A DNA stretch of 64,000 nucleotides from a virus, in IMG/VR virus record IMGVR_UViG_3300025400_000011, positions 32,001-96,000 of that record. One strand, written 5' to 3'. This document shows positions 10,655 through 20,100 of this stretch, one piece after another. The notes below the pieces were generated by a model. The model made no database searches, was not told the DNA's origin, and saw only the letters and a list, made by a program, of their open reading frames with translations. The translations under genes and the position numbers were made by a program. Position 1 is the stretch's first letter. Each line of letters starts with the position of its first letter.

Positions 10655-11287
10655 ATGAATTATTATCTTACTAAATTTTTCCGATACATACCTAATATTG
10701 ATGGTATGACCGTTATAACAGGTATTGATAATTTTAATATTGTCAGCCTTGCAACCGATACTGCTATTGCAACATTAAGTGCTTACGAAGCACATCCTTT
10801 TGAAGGCATACCAAAGACAATACCTATGGTAGAGTTGACTGAAGTTGAAGCACTGTCTGCTCATAAGTTTTATGCTGAAACTCGTGGTTACCGTAAAGCA
10901 TATTCCGATCTAGAAGGATTAGAACCGGATGCTGATGAGTTAGCAAAAGGTAGCAGAAAAACAAAAATTTACTTGACTGATGATATGACAGCAGCTACTA
11001 TATCACTAATGAAGAAAGCTCATAAGTTACACATTGATCAAGAAATGGAAGATAGACGTTTAGGTTTACCTAATCTTGATAGCACTGAAAGACCTGCTTA
11101 TAACGCAGATAAACACGCCGAATTGTTAACACAGGCAGATAGTTTATCTTCTATTGATGATCACGTTGAAGCACGAGAAACGGTACTTGGTCACGAAATG
11201 ACAAAGGATCTTGCTAGTAGAAAAGGACTTTGGGATGATACTAGAAACGCTAGAAAAGAAAAAGTAAAATTTGGATACCAATTCTAA
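10655..11287 (+). CDS. Hypothetical phage protein (fibre-cassette accessory)
   Basis: ORF; ATG 10655 preferred over the tracked 10616 start, which overlaps the previous gene. Confidence 0.7.
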   Translation: MNYYLTKFFRYIPNIDGMTVITGIDNFNIVSLATDTAIATLSAYEAHPFEGIPKTIPMVELTEVEALSAHKFYAETRGYRKAYSDLEGLEPDADELAKGSRKTKIYLTDDMTAATISLMKKAHKLHIDQEMEDRRLGLPNLDSTERPAYNADKHAELLTQADSLSSIDDHVEARETVLGHEMTKDLASRKGLWDDTRNARKEKVKFGYQF

Positions 11288-11288
11288 T

Positions 11289-11999
11289 ATGGAAAACGAA
11301 GATATTATTAAATTTGTCGATGAAAACGAAAACTCTATCGGTATGTCCGATTTTCAGGCTCGTTATTTTGTTGTAAATTCTCAGGTAACAGATTACCGCA
11401 GAGTGCGTCAAGCTTTATTAGAGATTGACAATCGTAACGGTATGTTAAAACAGGTTCAACGTCAGCGTAAAAAGCGTATTATCGAAAAACAAATAATACA
11501 AAGAGATATCGATAATGAGTTTGATGATCTTAAAAAACAAATATTACAGGTAGACTTAGAGCAAGCAGTTTGGGACATTCATATGTATGACAAGAAAGAG
11601 AAAATGTGTCAAAATGAAATTGATATGTTTTCTGATATGGTAAGATCAATGTGTCCAGATATGCAGAGTTTAGAGAAATATAAAGACAACAATGAAGAGC
11701 TAGAACGCGAGTACTGGATTACAAGAATGGCTAAACAGGCTGCAATGGACTTAAATACTATCGGTCGTATCGGTCAAGGTAACTTAGATTCGATTTTAAT
11801 GATGCCTTTAACAGATGTTAAAGAAACACTTCAGTTAGCTATTAAATACAACGGCGTGTTAGGTAAAGGTATCGATGCTATTGGTCAAGCAACAATGAAG
11901 CAGTTAATAGGTTCAAAAGGAACCGATTTAGCTTATATTGATGATGTTGCTAAAGATCAGTTAAAGATCGAAGCCAAGACCAAGAGTGAAGATATTTAG
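11289..11999 (+). CDS. Coiled-coil hypothetical phage protein
   Basis: Helical charged protein with YWITRMAKQAAMDL...IGRIGQGNLDSI; ATG lies directly after the previous stop. Confidence 0.7.
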   Translation: MENEDIIKFVDENENSIGMSDFQARYFVVNSQVTDYRRVRQALLEIDNRNGMLKQVQRQRKKRIIEKQIIQRDIDNEFDDLKKQILQVDLEQAVWDIHMYDKKEKMCQNEIDMFSDMVRSMCPDMQSLEKYKDNNEELEREYWITRMAKQAAMDLNTIGRIGQGNLDSILMMPLTDVKETLQLAIKYNGVLGKGIDAIGQATMKQLIGSKGTDLAYIDDVAKDQLKIEAKTKSEDI

Positions 12000-13620
12000 T
12001 ATACCTCTTAACCCTAAGCTTACAGAACAACAGTTCTACACGTTTTTAGAGTTCTGTAAAGAGTATAAAGATTATATATACGACATATATTTTACTTGTC
12101 GTATTGATCCTTTCTTGCAAGATGCAATGGGTGATGTGTTTGTACAAAAAGATGCACATCAGTTTGCTATTGAAACAGCTTTATATGTACAAAAAGAAAC
12201 AGGTATAACTGTATCTGCTACGTTTAATAATATATCAGTACGAGCTAGTCAAAAGAACTTAGAGACTTGGATAAAAAACTTTAAACCTTTATATGATGCT
12301 GGTATAAGGTCTTGTACCCTACCCCATACACACTGGATGTTAACTAAACAGGTTAAACATAACTTTCCAGAACTATTTGTTAAGAACACTATTTTAAGAG
12401 CGGTTAAAGAACCAAGAGAAGTAGCAGCTTTAGCACAGGCTGGTTTTAACTATGTTAATCTTGATCGAGTACTCATGAGAGATCATGATAGACTTAGAGA
12501 GATAAAAAGAGTTAAAGACAAATACGATATCAAGCTATCTTTATTAGCTAATGAAGGTTGTGTAGGCGGGTGCCCTGTAATGGATGAGCATTACCACTTT
12601 AATAATACTAGAACAACAGGCAATCAGTACTTTACAGATCCTATTAGTAGAGTTAGTTGCCCTAAATGGCAGACTCAAGATTCAGCTGTACAGTTAACTA
12701 ATGCTAACTTTCCACCTTGGAGAGAAGATTGGTTAGAGTTTTTAGAGCTAGGTATTGATACGATTAAAATGCACGGTAGAGAGAATAGTAACCGTCTTAA
12801 TGAGACAATGGACATTATTCGTAGGTTTGCCAATAAAGAAGAAATACTGTTCAGTGGTTTCGAGCCTTATATAGAAGACACGAACTTAATAGAAAAACCT
12901 ATAAACACTTGGCGTCAAAAGATTAAGACGTGTAAGTTTAACTGTTGGGATTGTGATTACTGTACAAAAGTATGGAGAGCCAAGGGTAATAAAAACAATA
13001 AGAAAGTTGAAAAGGTAGCTCAATTATTAATAGACACTGTTAATCAGCCAATAGGAGATACTGTAGAAGGTATTACTTCAGATAAGATGAAACAGTTGTT
13101 AAACGGTATTGGTAAAATATCGACAGGTTACCTCGAAGTGGGTGTGTTAAACGGTGGCACATTTTGCGCTACCATTAAAGATAATAATCTCAAGGCATAT
13201 GCAGTCGATCATTGGCAAGAACAAACCAAATCTGCTAATGGTAAGGTAGATCTTGAATCCTCGAAAGAAAAATTTATTGAGAATGCTAAAAAGTATAAAG
13301 GTAATAACACTTTAAAGATATTCAATAGCCATTTTTTACAAGTCGAAAAATCTGATATTGGTAATATAGACTTTTTCTTTTATGATGCAGATCATAGCGA
13401 AGAAGCCAACTATCAAGCTATAATGTACTTTGCAGATAAGCTAGTAGATGAAGCTGTTCTTATATTTGACGATGCAAATTTTGATGGGGTAGTTAGCGGT
13501 GCTAAACGCGGTATTGCTGATGCTGGTTTAGAAGTAATATACGATAAGATATTATTAAATGATTTAGAAGATCCTGATATGTGGTGGAATGGTTTTTACC
13601 TGGCTATTGTAAAGAAATAA
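11986..13620 (+). CDS. U32-family (Fe-S hydroxylase-like) domain fused to class I SAM methyltransferase (Methyltransf_24-like)
   Basis: NLDR.L.RD, LLANEGCVGGC, SC, IDTIKMHGRE, CKFNCWDCDYC; then YLEVGVLNGGT, AVDHW, FFYDADH, IFDD. Confidence 0.75.
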   Translation: MKIFSIPLNPKLTEQQFYTFLEFCKEYKDYIYDIYFTCRIDPFLQDAMGDVFVQKDAHQFAIETALYVQKETGITVSATFNNISVRASQKNLETWIKNFKPLYDAGIRSCTLPHTHWMLTKQVKHNFPELFVKNTILRAVKEPREVAALAQAGFNYVNLDRVLMRDHDRLREIKRVKDKYDIKLSLLANEGCVGGCPVMDEHYHFNNTRTTGNQYFTDPISRVSCPKWQTQDSAVQLTNANFPPWREDWLEFLELGIDTIKMHGRENSNRLNETMDIIRRFANKEEILFSGFEPYIEDTNLIEKPINTWRQKIKTCKFNCWDCDYCTKVWRAKGNKNNKKVEKVAQLLIDTVNQPIGDTVEGITSDKMKQLLNGIGKISTGYLEVGVLNGGTFCATIKDNNLKAYAVDHWQEQTKSANGKVDLESSKEKFIENAKKYKGNNTLKIFNSHFLQVEKSDIGNIDFFFYDADHSEEANYQAIMYFADKLVDEAVLIFDDANFDGVVSGAKRGIADAGLEVIYDKILLNDLEDPDMWWNGFYLAIVKK

Positions 13621-13634
13621 TATAAAATATAGCT

Positions 13635-14702
13635 ATGAGTGACTTTTTAGACCGTTTTTATCTCGGAGACGAAATCTATCTCTTTGTACTCTTTACTATT
13701 ATGGTAGTAGCGGGTATTGCCAAAGAGCATAACCTGTTTGGATGTACGTACGGATGGTTAAAATTTAAACTTAAAAGTAACAAGTTAGTTATTGCTGTTA
13801 TTAGTCTTATTAGCGGTATATTACCTCTAGAAGGTAGAAGTACAGTTAGTGCAGGTATATTAGATACAGCAACAGCTTCAAAGGAGAAAGATGTAAAAGC
13901 ACGTCAAAAACTTGGACCTATCGACTTCCTTACCACCCATCACTATTATATGTGGTCTCCTATTGAGAAACCAGTAATACTACCAATGGCTGCGTTTGGT
14001 ATTACATATGCAGTATGGTTAAAAATGTTATGGCCGTTGATAGCTGTTAGTGCTGCATTTATTTTTTACTATTTATTCTTTGTTATTAAAGAAGACGAAA
14101 TAGAGATTACACCTCAAGAAAATCTTGGCGCTGGTAATTTTATCAAAAACGTAATACCGTTTATTGCTGCTGTTCTTACGTATATGCTACTTGGAGGAGA
14201 AGGCCCAGAGTTAGTGTTTCCTATCTTCGGTACTCTATTAGCTTATTATCTGTATATTACTAAGACTTATAGCTGGAAAAAGATTAGTAGTTATGTTAAT
14301 TGGACTACAATCACACTGATTGGTGTCATCTTCTTTACATCTGGTTATATGCAAGAGCATAGAGCTTGGATTGAACACGCTGTAAGAAACTGGGGCTTGG
14401 ATCCACATACATTTAGTGGTATGTATATTATTAGTATGTTACTATTTGCTGCTAGCTTTAGTATGGGTAGTGACGGTAAGTTTGCTGCACTAACAGTATT
14501 AGCTACAACAGTATTCGGTAGACAGTATCTACTATGGTTTTTTGCATTAGATTATTGTGGTTATCTTTTAACTCCAATGCACGAATGTGTTATGATTGGT
14601 AAACGTTACTTTGGTACCCCTCTATCCACATATTATAAAGCATTAGGTACCTGGGCATTTTTACTTTTATTAACTGCAGCTATTTTTACTTTTATTAAAT
14701 GA
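13635..14702 (+). CDS. Polytopic membrane transporter, IT (citrate/ArsB/NhaD-like) superfamily
   Basis: About 10 hydrophobic segments; SGILP..GR...SAG and GYLLTPMHEC motifs. Confidence 0.6.
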   Translation: MSDFLDRFYLGDEIYLFVLFTIMVVAGIAKEHNLFGCTYGWLKFKLKSNKLVIAVISLISGILPLEGRSTVSAGILDTATASKEKDVKARQKLGPIDFLTTHHYYMWSPIEKPVILPMAAFGITYAVWLKMLWPLIAVSAAFIFYYLFFVIKEDEIEITPQENLGAGNFIKNVIPFIAAVLTYMLLGGEGPELVFPIFGTLLAYYLYITKTYSWKKISSYVNWTTITLIGVIFFTSGYMQEHRAWIEHAVRNWGLDPHTFSGMYIISMLLFAASFSMGSDGKFAALTVLATTVFGRQYLLWFFALDYCGYLLTPMHECVMIGKRYFGTPLSTYYKALGTWAFLLLLTAAIFTFIK

Positions 14703-14842
14703 AAAACTTATTAACAGCATTCTCACGGTTTTGAAGGTGGATTCGTCTTTACTTTTTAGCTTTGACAAATCCGTTTATTTTTTATTTTAAAACTCATACA
14801 AACTGTAGTATTTTTTACTAAATATTAACAACCAATACTACT

Positions 14843-15868
14843 ATGGCATATTTTAATCCAGCAAACGCTTACTCAGGTTATTCAGGCTACGGTGCACAAG
14901 GCTTCCAAGGAGCTCAGGGCGCTACAGGTGCTCAAGGTGCACAGGGTTTCCAAGGCCCACAAGGCGTTTCTGGTTACTCAGGCTTTACTGGCATAAGTGG
15001 TTATAGCGGTTTTACTGGTATTTCTGGTTACTCCGGCTTCAGCGGTGTTAAAGGTTCAACAGGTCTTTCTGGTACTTCAGGTTACTCAGGCTTTACTGGT
15101 ATTTCAGGCTACTCTGGTTTCTCTGGCCCACAAGGCTTCCAAGGACCTCAAGGTTTTTCAGGTACATCTGGTTACTCAGGCTTTACTGGTATTTCAGGTT
15201 TTAGTGGTCCTGGCGCTAACCAAACATTAAACACAAACAGCACTGTAGTATTCCAAACACTTTCAGCATTTTCAATCAGTGCAGTTAACTTAATCACGTT
15301 AAACGAGTATTTTGCATCTGCATCAAACTTTACTACATATGGTAATACGTTATTAAGTGGTGCTACTACAGTACAAGGTAACATGACTGTAAACGGTGTA
15401 GTCTTAGCTTCAGGTAATCTAGGTGTTGGTACAGCTTCACCAAGTTCCACATTAACAGTTAACGGTACATTATCAGCTGCTGGTGCAGTTGCTGTATCCA
15501 ATAACACATTTACGATTGATAAGACTGGTAACGTAGTAGCTTTAAGCTATAGTTCAACATCTACAAGACTACAAAAGACTAACATCAGAGATTTAGAAGA
15601 TGTTATTCCTGATGCTTTAGGCGTTACTCAAAACCTACACCCAGTTGTATACGATAGTTTAGTTGATGCATCAAGCAAAGACAACATCGGTCTTATTGCT
15701 GAAGACGTGTATTCTTTATTACCAAATGTGGTTAACCAATACACTGATGCTAATGGTGACCAAACATTTGTTGGTATTGATTACAGCCGTCTAACAGCTA
15801 TTCTTATTGATAACATTAAAGTGTTATCAAACAAGATTCAAGAGCTTAGTGCAAAGCTGCCACAATAA
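14843..15868 (+). CDS. Short G-X-S/GAQ fibre with S74-like chaperone
   Basis: Triplet tract, GNLGVGTASP, STSTRLQKTNI...IGLIAEDV...IDYSRLTAIL. Confidence 0.83.
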   Translation: MAYFNPANAYSGYSGYGAQGFQGAQGATGAQGAQGFQGPQGVSGYSGFTGISGYSGFTGISGYSGFSGVKGSTGLSGTSGYSGFTGISGYSGFSGPQGFQGPQGFSGTSGYSGFTGISGFSGPGANQTLNTNSTVVFQTLSAFSISAVNLITLNEYFASASNFTTYGNTLLSGATTVQGNMTVNGVVLASGNLGVGTASPSSTLTVNGTLSAAGAVAVSNNTFTIDKTGNVVALSYSSTSTRLQKTNIRDLEDVIPDALGVTQNLHPVVYDSLVDASSKDNIGLIAEDVYSLLPNVVNQYTDANGDQTFVGIDYSRLTAILIDNIKVLSNKIQELSAKLPQ

Positions 15869-15881
15869 CGTAAGTTAGAGT

Positions 15882-16115
15882 GTGGCTACACTTAAAACAA
15901 GCGTATTCAATCTTACCGAAACTCTAATAAACACTATTAGAGTGTATCGACAACAAGGAGCGGTGCTTGCTTCTGAGAGTAGGCAAGTTGCACGTATGGA
16001 TTCTTGTTCAAACTGTGAAAAGCTATCTGAAAAAGGCATATGTAATGTATGTGCTTGTTATATGAACTTAAAGGTTCGTCTTGAAGCAGCTAAATGCCCA
16101 CTTGGGAAATGGTAA
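15882..16115 (+). CDS. Small Cys-rich (Zn/Fe-S binding) phage protein
   Basis: R...CSNC...CNVCAC.M..K......CPLGKW pattern. Confidence 0.7.
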   Translation: MATLKTSVFNLTETLINTIRVYRQQGAVLASESRQVARMDSCSNCEKLSEKGICNVCACYMNLKVRLEAAKCPLGKW

Positions 16116-16143
16116 AAACGTATTTCTGCTGTAAGTAATAATA

Positions 16144-17178
16144 ATGCCTGTTATTAATATACAGTCCCTTACAAGTCCTACTACTTTAGCTGTAGGTACA
16201 GATGTAGGTAATCCGTATTCTTTCCAGCAATGGTTACAAAATAATAGCAATATTGATGTTAACTCTCAAGTTAGCCAATACAACACGTATTTAAAGACTT
16301 GGTACAAGAACAGAGCCAACTCACCGGCTACTATGTCTTTATATGTAAAGAACCTTTACATTAACTTCATAAAACAGCTTGGATTATCCACTCGTAATCC
16401 AGAAGAACAGGCATTTTTTAGTAGTATAGATTATAACAATGATTTGGATATACAAGGAGCAATAACTTATTATGCTCGTAAACTAAAAGACGTATCTAGA
16501 TATATAGCAGAACAACGTAATAACATAGTTTACTCCAAGATAAAAAATAACTTAATAGGTACTAGTGATTATCTGTCGAGCTTGTTTTATACCTATATCC
16601 TCAATGTTTTTACCATTAAACCAGATCCAAATAATGTGGTCATTACAAATGGTGATTTATTACAATACTTGCCTTCATTAAGTGCAATAGCGGATACTTT
16701 TAGTGTAGAAATAGAAGAGTTATACGACACTGCAAATTACTTAGATAGAGATCCAAGTGTAGATATTTCTCAGTACACCACCTTTGCTGCTAATACAAGT
16801 GCGCAGTTATATGAAACATCTTTTTACGATGTTCCTTCAGAATATATTCTTAACTTAATTATTCAGGCCCTACAATCAGCAAATACGTTAAATCCTTGCT
16901 ATGGTGTATCCGGCTTCGTAGGCACAACTATAAGTAATAATACAAATAACACTTCTACAATGAGTAATGTCTATGTTTATTCAGGCGACGGTCAAAGCAC
17001 GTCCTACCCTCTTGCAGGTATCACAAACGGTGATGCCTCTTTATATAGAGTTACTCTTGATGGTTTAGTACAAACACCTGGTACAGCTTATACCATAAGT
17101 GTTCAGAACGCAAATATACTTTTTAGTGGTATCCCGCCACTTGGTTCAGAAATAGTCATCGTAGCTCCAACCTCATAA
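16144..17178 (+). CDS. Hypothetical virion structural protein
   Basis: 344 aa ORF; C-terminal GDG....Y......V.LDG.VQ.PG..Y beta module typical of large-phage structural proteins. Confidence 0.6.
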   Translation: MPVINIQSLTSPTTLAVGTDVGNPYSFQQWLQNNSNIDVNSQVSQYNTYLKTWYKNRANSPATMSLYVKNLYINFIKQLGLSTRNPEEQAFFSSIDYNNDLDIQGAITYYARKLKDVSRYIAEQRNNIVYSKIKNNLIGTSDYLSSLFYTYILNVFTIKPDPNNVVITNGDLLQYLPSLSAIADTFSVEIEELYDTANYLDRDPSVDISQYTTFAANTSAQLYETSFYDVPSEYILNLIIQALQSANTLNPCYGVSGFVGTTISNNTNNTSTMSNVYVYSGDGQSTSYPLAGITNGDASLYRVTLDGLVQTPGTAYTISVQNANILFSGIPPLGSEIVIVAPTS

Positions 17179-17179
17179 C

Positions 17180-20100
17180 ATGTCGCTAACAACAGTAAAC
17201 CAACTTAGTCTTATACCTGCAGCCGCTGGGGTTTCAGGCCGTTCTGGTTTTTCTGGCTTCTCTGGGTTTCCTGGAGCACAAGGAGCACCCGGTGGTGCTT
17301 CTGGTTATAGTGGTCAATCAGGTACTTCTGGTTTCTCTGGGTTTACCGGTTTCAGTGGTTTTAGCGGTCTAAACGGTACAGTAGCATATTCCGGTACTTC
17401 TGGTTTCTCTGGGTTTAGCGGTTTTAGCGGTTATTCAGGCGCTACCGGTTTTAGCGGTTTTTCTAGTTTTTCAGGCTTCTCTGGGTTTTCAAGTTTTAGT
17501 GGTTATTCTGGCTACACCGGTCAATCTGGTTTTAGTGGTATATCAGGCTTTAGCGGTATAAGTGGTTTTAGCGGTATATCTGGTTATAGTGGTATGAGCG
17601 GTTTTACAGGTATATCTGGTTTCAGTGGTGCTCCTGGTGCAGCTGCAGCTTCCGGTTATTCTGGTTTTAGCGGTTATAGCGGTATTTCCGGTTATAGTGG
17701 TTTTTCTAGCTTTTCCGGTTACAGCGGTTTTAGTAGCTTTAGTGGTTACTCGGGCTTTAGCAGTTTTTCAGGTTTTTCAGGTTACTCCGGTTTTAGCAGC
17801 TTTAGCGGGTTCTCTGGTTTTAGTAGCTTTAGTGGTTTTTCAGGTACATCAGGTTATTCTGGTCAATCTGGTTTCTCAGGCTTCACTGGTTTATCAGGCT
17901 ATTCTGGTACGAGTGGTTTTAGCGGGAATTCAGGTACATCAGGTTATAGCGGGTATACCGGTTTACAAGGCTATTCTGGTTTAAGCGGTTATTCCGGACA
18001 ATCAGGTTTTAGCGGCATTTCAGGATGGTCAGGAGATTCAGGTATTAGCGGTTATTCTGGCTTTAGCGGTCAATCTGGTGCTTTAGGCATTTCAGGTTTT
18101 TCTGGTTACAGTGGTCAATCAGGCTACTCTGGTACTTCTGGTTATGTAGGTATTTCTGGTTACAGTGGTTTTAGCGGACAATCTGGTTGGTCTGGTTATT
18201 CTGGTATAAGTGGTACTAGTGGTTATTCTGGTCAATCAGGTTTTTCAGGCCCGTCTGGTTATTCCGGCTTTACAGGTATTTCTGGCTACTCTGGCTTTAG
18301 TGGTCAAGTAGGTACAACCGGTCAATCAGGTTATTCTGGTTTTAGTGGTCAATCAGGTTACAGTGGTCAATCTGGCTTCTCTGGTATTTCAGGCTTTAGT
18401 GGTTATACAGGTACATCTGGTACTTCTGGTTACTCCGGTATTAGCGGTTATTCAGGCTTTACTGGTATTTCAGGTACCTCAGGCTATTCCGGTTCAGTAG
18501 GTACATCCGGTACTTCAGGTTATTCCGGTACTTCTGGTTATTCAGGGCTTTCTGGTTACTCAGGTACAAGCGGCTATTCCGGTACTTCAGGCTATTCTGG
18601 TACAATAGGTACAAGCGGTTATTCTGGTATTAGTGGTTACTCAGGCTTTACTGGTATTTCAGGCTATTCCGGTTTTACAGGTACTTCAGGCTTTACTGGT
18701 ATATCTGGTTATAGTGGTATTTCAGGCTTTAGTGGCTTTACTGGTATTTCAGGTTATTCTGGACAATCAGGCTACTCCGGTACTTCTGGTACGGTAGGTA
18801 CTTCAGGTTACTCCGGTTATTCTGGCTTGTCTGGTGCTTCAGGTTATTCTGGTTTATCAGGCTTTAGCGGTATATCAGGTTATACAGGTATTTCAGGTCA
18901 TTCAGGCTTTAGTAGTTATTCTGGTTATAGCGGTCAATCAGGTTTTACAGGTATTTCTGGTTTCTCAGGTTGGTCAGGGCCAACAGGCGGTTCGGTTTAC
19001 GGTAGAACGTACTTCTTTAATGAAACTAATAGTGATCAAAACCCAGCAGTATTTGAACAACTAACCTTACAACCAGGTGGTATTAGTATAGAAGACGATC
19101 AAGTCACTATTACATCTGCAGCAGGTATAAGTGCTATTGGTTGGTACTTAACACCCCCAGGTGAACCTGGTTTAGTATATATTGAATCAGGTCTATGGGA
19201 TATTGAGTTCTACCGTTACGTAACGGGTGGTAGTGCTGGGTTTATATTCAGTATATACACATTCTCGATGGCTACTAGTGCCACGAGTACATTTATTTTA
19301 AGTGCTGATTCAGGACTTGTTTCTGATACAGTTTCGACATATCAAAAGATAGGCGCTGTTACAAGTAGTATCACCTCTCTATCTTCTACAGATCGTATTT
19401 TACTACAAGTAGCTGCTTATACTAACAGTGTAACACCAGTAACTGCTGCTTACCAATATAATGGTAGTTCAGTGTACAGTGTAGTACGTACTCCTATTGG
19501 TCAAGGTGTTGCTGGTCAGTCTGGTTATTCTGGCTACAGCGGTTTAGGTTATTCAGGCTACAGTGGTCAATCAGGCTATAGTGGTTTTACAGGCTTTAGT
19601 GGCTTCACTGGTATTAGTGGTTTCACTGGTACTTCAGGTTATTCAGGCTTTACAGGTATTTCTGGTGCTTCAGGCTATTCTGGTACAGTAGGTATTAGCG
19701 GTACTTCAGGTTATTCCGGCTTCACTGGTATATCTGGTTACTCTGGTATCTCTGGTTTTTCAGGCTTTACTGGTATAAGCGGTACTTCAGGTTACTCTGG
19801 CATTTCAGGTTATTCTGGTATTTCTGGTTATAGTGGTTATTCTGGTGCTTCAGGTTATTCTGGTACATCTGGCTTCTCTGGTATCTCAGGCTTTACTGGT
19901 ATTAGCGGTTATTCAGGCTTTACAGGTATTTCAGGTTATAGTGGTACTTCAGGCTACTCAGGTACATCTGGTTACAGCGGTTATTCCGGTCAATCTGGTT
20001 TCTCAGGTATATCAGGCTATAGTGGTACTTCAGGCTTTAGCGGTATATCTGGTTATAGCGGTTTTACAGGTCAATCTGGTACTTCAGGTTATAGCGGCTT

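Noticed and set aside
11986-13000. U32 domain as a collagenase for the collagen-like fibres
   Set aside because: The collagenase label is historical; characterised members are Fe-S hydroxylation enzymes and the Cys motifs are present here.
14699-14821. Small ORF with ATGA overlap and one internal TGA (MKNLLTAFSRF*RWIRLYF...)
   Set aside because: Could be a decayed microgene or readthrough, but too short to distinguish from chance.
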